From Octopus vulgaris (taxonomy: Eukaryota), in contig OX597833.1 of assembly GCA_951406725.2 (NCBI GenBank), forward strand, positions 37,882,001 through 37,946,000: a stretch of DNA of 64,000 nucleotides, written 5' to 3'. The notes under the pieces were generated by a model. It was not told the DNA's origin. It saw only the letters and a program-made list of their open reading frames with translations, and ran no database searches. Made by a program: the position numbers and the translations under genes. Positions 1 through 14,890 of this stretch are shown here, piece by piece. Position 1 is the stretch's first letter. Each line of letters begins with the position of its first letter.

Positions 1-627
1 ATATTGGAGTCTGGTGCAGCCATCTGGTTCGCTAGACCTCAGTGAAATCATCCAACCCATGCTAGCATGGAAAGCGGACGTTAAACAATGATGATGATGA
101 TGATGAGAAGGGAGTGTTTGGCAGCAGCCACATATTAGGCAGTGAAATGTTGTTGTTATTGGAAAGAAAACTTAGTTTTGCTGTATTTATATTTTTACTA
201 GTTAGATTGAGAAGGAAGGGCAATAGCCATGGCCTTCATCAACTTTAATAGACTGAAGGGATAGGAGGGATACAGATAATCAACAATTAATTTGAAAATA
301 GTGGCTGGAGAAAAAAAATTCTGTGAGGTCACAGATTTATCACAAAGACTTAATCTTAATTCAGAAATGCTTGTCTTCAACACCACAAACAACAACAACA
401 ACAAGAATAATAATCCTTTCTACTAAAGGCACAAGGCCTGAAATTTGTAGGGGGTGTAGGACTATTCGATTACATCGACCCCAGTGTTTCACTGGTACTT
501 AATTTATTGACCCCAAAAGGTTGAAAGGCAAAGTCAACCTTGGCAGAATTTGAACTCAGAATGTAGCGATGGCTGAAATACCACTAAGCATTTCGTCCAG
601 CATGCTAACAATACTGCCAGCTTGCTG

Positions 628-654
628 CAATAATAATAATAATAATAATAATAA

Positions 655-707
<53 letters not shown>
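628..707. repeat. Compound (AAT)n(AGT)n microsatellite
   Basis: Direct reading; ends about 17 nt from the donor at 724. Confidence 0.95.
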
Positions 708-724
708 ACAATGATAAAGCTCAC

Positions 725-888
725 CTGCGGAATTGATTGAGGACGGTCATGTTAGCAAACATATAGTACAAATAGTAATTGTATGGTGGGTTCTCATCAT
801 TGGTCCAGTTGCGTGGAAAGGGACTGTCAGCATCAAATACCACATGCTCAGATTTCGATTCATCGTCCACAGAATCAAAACCTGAAAC
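725..888 (-). CDS. AMPD2: AMPD exon [54 protein letters not shown](R)
   Basis: tttcttttatag| ... AG|gtgag; 164 nt, phase 0 to 2. Confidence 0.95.
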
Positions 889-2040
889 CTATAAAAGAAA
901 AGTCAAGAATCATATAACAAGAAACATCAGAGTTCAAGAAATTTTTAAAAACTTATGAAGGATTCCTACAGACTCCATTTTGCAGAGAGGGTGGTGAGGG
1001 AGGGGAGGGAGGGAGAGGGAGGGGTGTCCTTTGTTGCCAATACAGAGAGTAACTCACTCAACTTCCTCCTTTATTATTTCTTTTCCATCAACCCCACCAC
1101 CACCACATTTATAAAGAAAATAAGAGTTTACAACAGGCAGCATAAATCAAAAATGCTCAAGCATGGCCATATCCAAATGGTTCAAAACTAATCAAAGCAC
1201 TAATCATCATCATCATCATCATCACCATCAACGTCGTCATCACTGCTGTTGCTATCATCATTACTTTTGTAAGCCTGTTTCTCTATGAATAGTACAGGTC
1301 TTCAGCACGGCAACTCACCACATTTTGTGATCTTTGTTGTCTCTATGTGGTTCTTGACTACTTCTTCCCATGCCTTCTTCAGGGTTTCTCTTCCACAGGT
1401 TCCTCCCACTTGGATCACTCAAAACCCCTTTACCCAACTATCATCCTTCATATGCATAACATGCCTGCACCAGTATTATTTTCTTTCCAGATAGGTGCGG
1501 CAAACAGCCTGGAGAGTAGTGATGGAAGGGGACAGCAGAAAGGCTTGAGTTGGAAGTCAGGAGGATCCAGTAGAAGGGTATGAAATATATGTTTATTTAC
1601 CTTTAGTTATCTATAAGGGTGGCAGAATAAGAAGATGGGAGGGCATAGCAAAAAGGTGTGGTAGTATGGCACAGAGGGTGGGAGCACATTTAATAAATAC
1701 GGTTGTTTTTACTAGCCTTCCTCAATTCTGTATCTCTTAGCATCTCACATCTACGAAATCCCATGTCCACAGGTTTCACACACAAAAAAAGCAAAAATCT
1801 CAATAACAGAAGTACATAATACTATATTCTTTTAACACTGTAAACTGAAGGTTAAAAATATTAATTTAGTATTTTTCTTCCTTTCTAGTTTTAAGAAAGA
1901 AAGAATGAACGAATGAATGAAAGTAGACAGACAGACAGATACATTGTGTGCATGTATGAGTGATCAGAATACTAACACTGAGAGACAGCTCTTGTGGCCA
2001 GAATACATACATACAGAGAAAAAACATCCATTGCTAGCTA

Positions 2041-2076
<36 letters not shown>

Positions 2077-2264
2077 TCATCATCATCATCATCATCATAT
2101 ACATATACATACATATATACACATACATATATACATACATATATACACATACATATATACATATATATACACATACATATATACATATATATATACACAT
2201 ACATATATATATACACATACATATATACATATATATATACACATACATATATACATATATATAT

Positions 2265-2297
<33 letters not shown>

Positions 2298-2630
2298 CAT
2301 ACACACACACACACACACACAGAGAAAAGGGAAAACAGCAATTGCTAGCCACCAGGATACTTACATACTGAAGGAAAGCATGTAACTGAGGATAACTCTT
2401 AGGATCATTTGTAGCAGCAAACAATGGCTCGAAGATATTCTCTAAGATCTGTTGGAAGTTGCTCACTAACTTGTTGGAACGATACACATCACTTGAAGAG
2501 AGGAAAAAGAAAAAACACAAAGAATATACTATTAAAATATACACAATGAGAACATGCAGTTTTGAAATATATGCCATCAATTAGAATGTATACCATTATT
2601 ATATACAGACCCCCCCACTACCACCATTTA

Positions 2631-2667
<37 letters not shown>

Positions 2668-5600
2668 ATGCTGTCATGGGTTGGATGGTTTAACAGGAGC
2701 TGGCAAGCCAGAAGACTGTGCCACACTCCACTGTCTACTTTGGAATGGTTTCTATGGCTTGATGCTCTTCCTAATGCCAACCACTTTACAGAGTATATTG
2801 GTTGCTTTTTGCATGGCACCAGCACCAGTGAGGTCATCAAGTAACTTGCAAAGACATGACCCCTTAACAGAGGGTGGGGAGTAGTATTGAGGGAGGTGGC
2901 TTTGTGTCGGGTGATGAGAGGTTAGAGTATGATCAAGAGAGAGAAACAGGTGACTTGATGTAGAGGAGATGCATACAACACTGAATTAACCATTAAGCAA
3001 AATAAGCACAAGGGAAGGGGGGGTAGCAGAGAAATGGTAAATAGTTTACAGCACAAAAGAAATCACTTTAAACTTGCTAAAATAATATTTGGGATACCTT
3101 ATCTCTACTCAGTACAGAAGAAAGATATGTTATGTAAGATTAATTTTGAGGATCTAATCAAAGATTTTGCAATTAAACCAGGAGGGAGAGAGAGAGAAGG
3201 TGATGATGAAGATGTGTCCGGTGTACCCTCAAGTTAGAGCAAGGGGTATATAAGCTAAGTAGTATGGAGGGTTGGATAGGGTGAATGGGCAGGTAAGTTC
3301 ACAAAAGTGCAAAAAAATACTGTGAGAGATGGAAGGGAGGAGAATGTAGTGAGTGAACAACAGGTGGAGACAGGGGGAGTCATCATCATCATCATCATCA
3401 TCGTTTAACGTCCGTTTTCTGCACTAGCACGGGTTGGACGGCGAGTGTTAGGAATTTATGACGTGGGGGAGGAAGAGATACATTAGTGACAGAGTGTGTG
3501 CAGGTAATTTCATGAAAGTATGAAAAGGAGAATGAAAGACTTAGCAGAGGAGAGGGGAATGTAGTGAATGATGAAGACAGGTGAAGGAAGGTGAGTGTTA
3601 AGAAGATGGGCTTTTAGGGGAGAGATTTGTCAGAAGCAGATTGTGCGCAGATACATAGACAAGCCTTTAACTCTTTAACGTTCGGATTACTCTGTCAAAT
3701 GTAAGGCTTATTTATTCATATTGTTTGAATTAATCATGTATTATCTCATAGCTTTGAAATTTCCATGATGTAATGGTTTATTTTTAAAATGATATTGTAG
3801 GGTAGGTGTGACAAGTTGGATCTGGCTAGTTTCAGCATAAGACAGGTAGTGTTTTTGAGCTGGATATGGTCAGTTTAATTGCTAAAGGGTTAAGGCCCTT
3901 ATTTCATTTGGATGGATAGGTCTTCTCAAGTACAGCAAGTAACCAATTGTCCCAATTTTTGTCATTTCCTCTGTGAGGATCAACATCATTATAGACTGTA
4001 AGAATATATACCAATTTAATAAACACTTAAAATGTATACAATTAGAAGTAATTCATTATTTCATTAACTTTATGGCTTGAAATATCTGTCTCGATAAAAG
4101 AAAGAGTAGTACTCTTAGCATTTTGAAAAAAATTATGTCAAAGCAGTAAAGAAGAGAATGTTACATTTATAAACAGTACAGCACATATAGATATGGCTAG
4201 AAACTGTTACAAGCTTATCAGCAGCATCAATACATCCAATAACACACTCTCTCTCTCTGTCAGTGTGTGTGTGTGAGTATGTGTGTGTGTGAGTATGTGT
4301 GTCTGTTCATGTTTATGTCCGTGTGTGCGCACATGCCTGTAAATGTGAAAGTTTTAACATTTTCCTAAAAAAAGACAAGTACTCTATGTTCAACTGTATA
4401 ATGTATACATTATGCAAAATTGTACGCATTTCAAAATTGATGCCATGGACATCACAGAGTACAGAGGTAGATGTAGACAAAACTGTTTCTGTATTATCCA
4501 GTGTGGTCTATCTTCTTCAATTCCCAACCTATGATCTTCTTAAGAGCAAAAGGACACATTGGATAATGTAGTTCTTTTAGATATACAGAAAGACACTTAA
4601 TTAGGACTGACTTGTGGTTAAACAATAGTTCGTAAGATTTTTTTTCTTTCCCCAGGTAAAAAAAAGTTTGAAAATAACTGGTCTACAACTTCTAAGAATA
4701 CACAAGGCAAGGTGCCCAAAATACGGTTTGTTTATTTCAGTGCCTTGTATTATGACCTGATTTTCAGAGAAACAAAAACTGCATATGTGGTCTTGTATTT
4801 AGGATTCTGTACTCTCACTGCAGTAAATGGGGTTCGATTCCATGCTTGGAAAATATCTTTAACAAACCAACAAAGGAAACTTTATGAGGTTGCTTGACCT
4901 GCTAGTAGCAGTAGCCAAATTTCACTCACATCACAGATTGCCATCTTAAAAAAAGAGAAGGAACTATGACGTAGTTCTAGATGAACTAAGCCCACACCGA
5001 CCCCAAAAAGGATGGTATGATCACAACAGGAATGCCTTTGATTACAAGTCTGCTAGCAGAGGGCTAACATAAGGCTAAATGACAACACAACATATAAAAC
5101 ATGAACACTGTGAAGACTACATTATGAGAAGATACAGAAATGTCAGAACAACGACAGCATTTTCAATTCCCCTTCTATTTATTTTTAGTGTTCATCCTCT
5201 TTTCTGTTTTTTGTTACACAGGAAATTTCATGTTTCACAGGAAGTTGTCATCCTTCTGGATGACAACAGATAACAAAAGCATGGAATTATTAGACTGATG
5301 AACAGAGCCAGTTTGCACAACTTCAGAGTGAGAAACATCCAATAGAATCAGATAAGCTTTGAGAGGTAAATGAAAACTGGAGCTGGTGGGTTTTGTGAGA
5401 GAAGAAGAAACAGTTGTTGGGATCAAATCAGACAAGGAGAACATTATTGAGCCATGACAACAGACAATGAGAAATGAACTGTATCCCTACTGTATCACAG
5501 TGACAAGGTGATTAAATTGTGTCACTGCTGTGTCACAGTGACAAGGTAACTGTTCAGTGTCACTGCTATATCACAATAACAAGGTATCTAAACTGTGTCA

Positions 5601-7653
5601 CTGCTGTGTCACAGTAACTGATTAATTGAACTGTGTCCTTGTTGCATTACAGAGATAAGATAACTGAATTGTGTCATGGCTGTGGCAATGTGAACTATGC
5701 TATTGCTGTGACAATGTGACTGAACTATCACAACTGTATCACAATAACAAGGTGACTAAACTGTGTCACTGTTGTGTCACAGTAACAGGGTAACTGAGCT
5801 GTGTCACTGCAGTGTCACAGTGACAAATATCCAAACTGTGTCACAGTGACTGGTTAACTGAACTGCATCACTACTGTGTCACAATGACAAGGTAGCAATA
5901 CTTTATCACTGCTATATCTCAGTGACAAGGCATCCAAACTGTGTCACTGTTATTAAATAACAGATATATATAGATATATATATATAGTCCAGTTCACAAA
6001 TTTGGATAAGTTTGTATGATGTAAACAATACAGCATCATTATTAAATAACAGAGTCAAATAAAATTTATAATACTTACTATAACCTAGGAATTTGGATTA
6101 ACCAACGAACATTATCTGAATGGACTTGGTTGACCACAGCCCATTTGGCTAGTTTCTCCCATTCTTGTTTAGAACGGCCATATATAGACAAACGGTATTC
6201 GGCATTTTGATATTTGCTCTCCTCCAAATCACTCATCACTTCCTGCAAAAAGAAACATGTGAATGTTTGATATATTTATCATAGCATGACATTATAATGG
6301 CAATAATTATTTCCAGTTCAGTCAGATACAGAGAACAAATATAGAAAACTGGATTTATAGAGATATATATATATATAGTCCGTTCACAAATTTGGATAAG
6401 TTTGTATGATGAAGAATCTTGATATATTGAGTAAAGACTTTCATTGGAGAAAGAAAATCATTTCCCTATTGTATTTACAAACTTTACTAAATAATTTTTC
6501 AGTTCTATATTTAAGAGATGAGGAATTATGTACATTATTTACATTTGATGGATATTTTTCCTCATTTTGACTGTTGTTAACACAACATTTCAGCTGATAT
6601 ACCCTCCAGCCTTCAACAGGTGTCTTGGGGAAATTTCAAACCTGAGTTCTCATTCCTAAGGTGTTGTTGTTGTAAATAAATAATTTTTAAATGAAGCCAG
6701 TAAATTGCTGGATGGGTAATTTCAGCATGCATATACGACTTAGTGTAAGTGATTTGAGAGAAAAACTGGGTATACAAGGCATCAGATGTAGTGTGCAAAA
6801 GAGAAGATTGCACTGGTAAGATCATGTAATGTGTATGAATGAAGATAGTTGCATCAAGTGCCAATCTCTGATTGTGAAAGGAATATGTGGAAGGGGTAGA
6901 CCAAGAAAAGTGCCTGAGAAAGTGGTAAGAAAGGATCTTCAGACATTGGGCCTCCCAGAGGGGATGACAAATGACCAAAACTCCTGGCGGTTTACTGTGC
7001 TTGAGAAGACACGTAAAGTTAAGTAAAATTGTGGTTGTCCCTGCATAGAGGCATGTGCTCTGCATCCCTTTCCAGCTGAGCATTCCTAATCTTGTGGGTA
7101 CCACATAAAAAACTCCTACTACACTCTGTAAAGTGGTTGGCATTAGGAAGAGCATTCAGTTGTAGAAACCATGCCAAAACAGACAAATGAAACCTGGGAA
7201 ACCAGCATGGAGAACAGATGTTAAATGATAATGATGAATCTCAGGATTGCATCTATTAACATTGATAAGTGATGTCTCAAGGTGAAAAAAAAACTGAACA
7301 ATGAGAGCTTTCACCAACAAGGAGAGAAAAATGGAACAGTGAGAGCTGCTAGTTGTTACCATAGCAACAAAATAGCTTGCTACAAGGTTTTACTGTTTTT
7401 ACAGAAGGCCATATTGTACAAAATTTATTTCATGTAACTTAAAATAGGTTACAATTAATAAACTATGTAAGCTCAAAAAACTGGGTTGGTGACAAGAAGG
7501 GCATCTGGCGAAAGAAAATCTCTCAATAAATTCTATTTGATCTCTACACATATAGAAAGGTGGACATCAAAACAATGTTGTTGATGTGTGTGTGTGTGTG
7601 TGTGTATTTGTTGAAGCAATAACTTTAAAGCATGGAAAGCGGACGTTAAACGG

Positions 7654-7696
<43 letters not shown>

Positions 7697-10615
7697 TTTG
7701 TAACTTGTAGTAATAACATTACTGTGTCTAGTCTCAAGACAAAACTCAATTTTGGATTCAACACTTTCAGTTGGAATTAATAAATAATTATATACAATAT
7801 ATGTGTGTGTGAGTGTATATATGTATATGTGTATTACATAATACAATCATCCATGTATATAAATATATTTATAACTTAATTTTCAAGCTTCCCCAAAGGC
7901 TACAAAAATTCATCCAACTCCAAAATTTTGACTCCAAAGGTATCACCTCTCTCCCTTCTTCCTTTCAGACGTTTTATATTCTAGTTATAATCCTTAAATA
8001 TAAAGATGTAATATACAAATTTATAAAAAGATGTTCACGAATCCACCAAATATTTCAAGAGTTATATTAATGTATTTATCCCCTTAAACATTAGATATCA
8101 AATTATAAAATCTGCATATTGTAGAGTTCCTTCCCTTCCAACTTGAGTGAAAGTTGAAATAACCATGAAGTTCTGTGATGGTGCAATCCCCACCTGTACA
8201 CACACCCCTGAACCCTCTCATATAATTTTTTTAAAGAAAGTATTAGGCTTACCTTTATTACATTTGCAAAGTATTTGCCCCCGATGTGATTGTCAGTTTT
8301 AATAAAAATTTCACGTAATTCACTTTGGCCAATCGGGTTGTATTTGGCATTGAATTTGTCAAATCGATGGAAAGTGTTTCGATCCTGAAATGAAGCAGAG
8401 AGAAAATGAAAATATAAATTAATAGTGTTAATCAATAAATTATTAATTGTATATCATAACATGGGAATGAAATTGTCCAAGACAAGCATTAGACTAAATA
8501 CAGCCCTGTTAATAATATCACATAAACACACACATTTACAAATATATATATATATATACTTACTGCATGAACATCGAGCATGTCCACATTGAGATCGTAT
8601 GTATTGATTCCAAGACTATCAAACACCTGTGGAAGACAACCAATGTCATGTATATATTAATTAGTTGTTTCACTTTCACATCAAAAACTTAATTAAACAG
8701 CAGTCATATTTGTTAAGTGTTTAAGATATTTACAAAGTTTTTAAATATAGTACAGCTGTAAAGTGCTTGAGCAACTGAGATGATATTTACTGAGTAATAC
8801 TGCAAAGAAATGAAACCATGCCAAACATGCAAATTTGTGTTTTTAGATACAGTAATATTTTTCCATATTAGGTTTATTCTACATATCAACCATGTTGGAA
8901 TAAGGAAACATTACCAATTCATAACTGAGCGGTTGGCATTATAAGAGGGCAAAAATACAGCAGAAAGCATAAGTTCCAGCATTAACTCTGTAGAACCAGT
9001 CAACTTATGATAGTGCCAGCATGAGAATCAATGTAAATGTGATTGAGCAAAATATAACTTATGAAAATGTTGTTAGTGGAGTATATCCAGACATGGCTAT
9101 GATTCCTTAAAAGAAACCACATAATTGATTATAAAACATAATTACTACAAATGTATTAAGTTTATGCAGAGTATATGAGTTATATAGTTGAGATAACTAT
9201 TTTAGGGTTATTTATTTTTATATCACATTTTCTGAACAACAGCAATAGGGGCCAATCACAGGTTCACTGCATTTTTATGACAAAAACAACAAGGGATTGT
9301 CTGTGCGTCCTGAGCAGAACAAATTCTCATGGAGTGTTTTATCTGAAGCATTACATTTTTTAGTTTTCTCACTATGTTTACACCTTTTGTCAATATAATA
9401 TATATTGGCACAAGATATACACATGTATTTGTGTGTGTGTGCATATGGGTTTCTGCACAGTTTCCACTACTAACTTCCACTCATAGGGCATTGGTCAACT
9501 AGAGACTCTGGCAGACCACACTTGCCCAAAGTTCTATATAGTGGGATTGAGCCTTAGATTCATGCAGTTGTGAAATAAGTGTCTGAACCCCATATCCATG
9601 CCTAAGTCTTTTTGGCATTAACTACTCAACTGCAATAATGATATGTGATAGTGATATGTAAGCTAAAAGATGTCTCTGAAGTCACTAGTCATTTTGAAAG
9701 GTTTAAAAATGAGGCCCTTCTAGTAAATATATCATCCACACTGTATAATAAATAACAAAGAGTACACTAAACACTAAACAGAGTATTATATACACTAAAT
9801 AGTAGCAATAATCTTATCAATGGTAACATCAACAGTGAATCCTCAATTGCTAATAACAACAGCACCAACATCAAAAGAGTCAGGGAAAAAAAAAGTCAAT
9901 CTGTTAATCTTAAATTGGTAACTATACCAAAAGCAGCAAAAGTTATTTGAATCTCAAACAATGCCTTCATATGATAGATGAAAGAATATTACCCAAAGGA
10001 GTTCCAGGATGAACTTAATGTTGCATTTCATAGGTAAGAAAATACTTCAGCCACAAGGAACTAAAACTTTACAAAGCAGCTAAAGTGAGATCTCCAATGG
10101 AATACTGCTCATTTATCTGAGACAGAGCTGCTGCTATATACAAAGAAAACAACCTAGACTGCATCCAAGAGATACCCCTCAACTCATTGGCAGAAAATAG
10201 CTTGCCCCAAAACACCCCAACCTCTGTCTCACAAACATTTTGTCTTCTCTCTTCACCTTTTCTGCCACTATTACAGTGGCTTCTACTCTTCTAAGCTAGC
10301 TGATTGGAATTACTATTCAGGAATTCCCAACTCATTTTCCCAACTTTCAACACCCATAATGTATCCACACCACAACTATGCACAAACCAACTATGCCCAG
10401 GTCTTCTCTTAACAAAAATGTCATCCCTCTGGAATTTCTTCCCTGTCCATGTTTTTCATGAAGCCGTTCAAGAGGATCATCAGCTACATTAATTGGACTG
10501 GTTTTGGAGGGTCTGCAAAGGCCATTGCTAAGGCTATTTCCTACAGACCAAACCATTAAGAAATTGAAACCTTAAAAAAAAATATAACATTCTTTAAGGT
10601 TCTAGATAGGTAAAT

Positions 10616-10650
<35 letters not shown>

Positions 10651-13600
10651 AAATAATAAAGATGATGATGACAATAACAAAATATTGATAAAATAATTAT
10701 GAAAATGGAGATGATAATAATACTTTCTACTAGAGACACAAAGCTTGAAATTTTGGGAAAAGGATCTCCAGTGCTCAATTGGTACCTATTTTATTGACCC
10801 TGAAAGGATGAAAAGCAAAATCAACCTTGGTAAAATAGCAATAATAATAATGGGCTTCAAATTTTGGCACAAGGCCAGCAATTTCAGGGGCTGAGGTAAG
10901 TTGATTACGTTGACCCATCTTCAACTGGTACTTAATTTATCGACCTCAAAAGGATGAATGGCAAACTGGATCTCAGAATGTGAAGACAGACAAAATGATG
11001 CTAAGCATTTTGCCCAGTATGCTAACATTTCTGCCAGCTAGCTGCCTTGATTATGTTATTGTTGCTGTTGGTGGTGGTGGTCGTCGTCATCATCATATAA
11101 TAATAATAATAATGATAATAATAATAAATGCTCTGATGCAGTATCATGACAGTGGTTTTCATGGCTTCTGGTCTTAACTGATTGGAAGTGTTATCATGTA
11201 CATCGTTTTGTCTTGGTATAAAAAATGGGCTACAGCAAATATTCTGCTCAATACCACAGATTTGCTTGTCAGCTGTTTGACCATAACAAGTTGAGCATGT
11301 CTCTTAGTGGTTGACAATATGTGTATCTCTGATCACGGGCAGTGGTGGAACATCATAGCCATGTGTTGAGAGGAATTCTTTGGGGTTTGAATAATCCACC
11401 TCGAGAAACATGAGTGTTTTGTTCAATGTCCTTAAACAAACCTTATTCAGGGGCGTTTTCGGTGGGATGAGCTACTCAACCTAAAGAAAATTCTAATTGG
11501 GCACCACCTGCAAAATCATGTGCAGTTTATCTTGATATGAGGTCACCATGTCATGCACATATGGTTGTGATGCAGGTACCTAGTGTAGTGTTATCAAATT
11601 GGTTGTCATGATGAGTATATTAGGCTTCATATATTTGTACCCCAGTGTCACTTTGATGGCATGCGCTGCTCTCTCACTCAATAATAATAATAATAATAAC
11701 AATAATAATAATAATAATAAACAATGAAGTCAATACAATGAAAATAAAATAAAAATACTGAAATCAAATCTGAAATAAGAGTGCAGTACCAAGCTGAGCC
11801 AAAGTGGCCCACATCTACTGCCTGGAATGGTGGATTGCAATATGAAAAAGCAGCTTGAAGTAAAAATAAAACCTACTCACTACTGCAACTACTACTACTA
11901 CATCTATTAGTTCATGTATGTATGAGTGTGTGTGTGTGTATGTAAGTATGTATATATATAAATGTATATATATTTATTTATACGTATATACACACACAGA
12001 GTTTAAAGAAACTATCAAGCCCATACTGACGTGGAAAGTATAAAAACAAAATTAAAATGATAAATAACTAACTAACACCAAAGGAAAAACAAAAATATGA
12101 AAGCAAATATTGTTCAAGCTGCAGTGCTGAGAAAGAGTCAAGACCATTCTAATATGTTTCTAGCATAATATATCAATTTCAAATTTTGGCACAAGGCCAT
12201 CAGTTTCAGAGAAAGGAGTAAACCAATTACATCAACCCTCACCCGCCAGTGTTCAGCTGGTGCTTATTTTCTTGACAAAAGGATGAAAGGCAAAGTCAAC
12301 CCTGGTGGCATTTGGAATCAGAACAGAAAGGCGGATGAAATGCTGCTGAGCATTTTGTCCAGCATGCTAACTATTCTGCCATCTTGCCACCTTGTTTCTA
12401 TTAACATTTTTTTTTTTTTACTTGTTCCAGTTATTTGACTGCAGCCATGCTGGAGCACCACTTTTAGTTGAACAAATCGACCCCAGGACTTATTTTTTGT
12501 AAGCCTAGTACTTATTCTGCCACTGAGTTACGTGGACGCAAACACACCGGCATCGGTTGTCAAGCGATGTTGGGGGGACAAACACAGACACACAAACACA
12601 CACATACATACATATATATATACACACACATACATATATACAATGGGCTTCTTTCAGTTTCCGTCTACCAAATCCACTCAAAAGGCTTTGGTTGACCCAA
12701 GGCTATAGTAGAAGACACTTGCCCAAGGGGCCACGCAGTGGGACTGAACCTGGAACCATGTGGTTGGTAAGCAAGCTACTTACCACACAACCACTTCTGT
12801 GCCTATATTGTAAGATATTCTGCGCCTAATATAGTAAGATATTCTAACAAGTTTCTACTACATATTAAAATGTTCACACATAATTCAATATTGCACTATG
12901 AATGCTATGTTAAGAACTTTTCATCTAGCACAATCTCTTTGGTCTTTTGTTTGACCATTTGCTGTTGTAGTTTTGATTTTTTTTTTGGTGGGGAGGGGAG
13001 TATGCTTTATATTCATTTTTTTAAATATTGTCATTAGTGCCAATTGCTTTTTTTGTTGTTTTTTGTTTATAATAACTAAATGCTCTTCTTACAGTATATC
13101 AAAACACCTTTCAGAGACAACATATTTGCTTCATATTTCTAGAAGAGTAATAAATGGAGAGGAATACAATTAGATGAATCAAACCCAGAAGAACCCTTAA
13201 GCTAGGAATCCTAATTCCCCAAACCACCCAACCAGGCTTTGAGGTAGTCTGGAAACAATATTGATTGCTATAACAAGGTTTTTTTCTTTCCTATATCCAA
13301 AAGACTACAGCTGTCACTGTACCACTGTATCAACCAGGCTCTCAGATGTTATACATCGCTTGTCACAATGCCCTTCCAATTCTTTCTTGGTTGTGCCATT
13401 TTTTTTCCATCTTGTCCCAAACTGCTTAACTAAATTGTCTTCTCATCATTGTGGAGGCCTTTCAAGTGGCCTTTTCCAATCTCTTGAATACTACATGGGT
13501 CCACCTGTTATCTGTGAACCTTGTCTCACCCAGCAGATATGTTCTCACAATAATATTTCTAGCATGGATCTTTCCTTGACCCTTTGTGCTGTGGCCAGCC

Positions 13601-14842
13601 ACTGTACTTCCCTCATAGCTGTAATTAGTTCTAAGTCAACTAATAAGATTTTGATTGGAAATCTTCATTACATGATAACAGTTAAGAGTAGATACTTGGG
13701 ATACATAAGAGCAAGCACAGGTAGATGTTTAAGAAGTTTACTTTAGAAACCATGATTTCTTTGTTTTGTTTTGTTTTTATTGTTTCTCCCCACCCCCACC
13801 CCACCCCGGGTTCAATCTCATGGTGGAGCACTTTAAGCAAGTGTTTGCAGCTTTGATTTGGCCAATGCCTTGTAATTTGCACTTGGGAGACTGAAACATC
13901 TACACACACACATACACACTCACATACAAACACATATATGTAGATATGTTTGTGAGCATGTATACTTTTTAAAATAACTAAGTCACTATCAACTTCATAG
14001 CTCAAGAAAAGCATTTTGACTCTACATTCATATTGAGTCCTTTTTCAGTGAGATTTGCATTCATTTTAGTTTATTAATATGTGAGTGTAGATGGATGTGT
14101 GTTTGTAATTACCTGTGTGTAAATTGGTATAAATATGTTGTAGTATTTATGTCCCTCAAAGGGAGTTAACTCTATGAAAGAATATAATTCCAAGTGAACA
14201 TATTAAACACCAAATAAATACTAAGGAGCAGGAGGGGGTGATATATTTTAGAAAAGTCCTTGAAAGCAATGCCAATACACACAGCCATAGACTGATGCAT
14301 GGAATCAGTAAAGGAATAAGACAAATTATTGTGTGTGAGTTTGTGCATCCAGAAAGGAAGCTTTTGTCAGTAAAAAAAAACAAAAAGTGTAGAAATTATG
14401 CTTTCTACTATAGGAACAAGGACTGAAATTTTGCGGGGAGGGGCCTAGTCAATTACATTGAACCTAGAGCTCAACTGGTACTTGTTTCATTGACATTGAA
14501 AAGAGGAAAGGCAAAGTCGACCCCAGCGAAATTTGAACTCAGAACATAAAGTGAAAAAAAGGTTGCTAAGCATTTTGTCCGATGCAGTTATGGGTCTGCC
14601 AGATCACTGCCTTTATAATAATAAGAATCCTTTTTACTATAGGCACATGGTCAGGAAATTTTGAGGGAGAGGACTAGTCGATTACATCGATCCCAGTGTT
14701 TCACTGGTGCTTAATTTATTGACCCCTGAAAGGATGAAAGGCAAAATCAAACTTAGCAGAATTTGAACTCAGAACGCAGCAACGAGCAAAATACTGCTAA
14801 GCATTTCGTCCAACATGCTAACGATCCTGCCAGCTTACCACC

Positions 14843-14890
<48 letters not shown>

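Noticed and set aside
1917-2348. Long ORFs rich in YI/HT/CV (also ~19149-19530, 26341-26687, 31028-31459, 33345-33580, 38200-38775, 43458-43764)
   Set aside because: They are translations of stop-free microsatellites, not genes
5476-5950. CRISPR-like regular repeats
   Set aside because: No unique spacers, degenerate tandem units, eukaryotic intron, no cas genes
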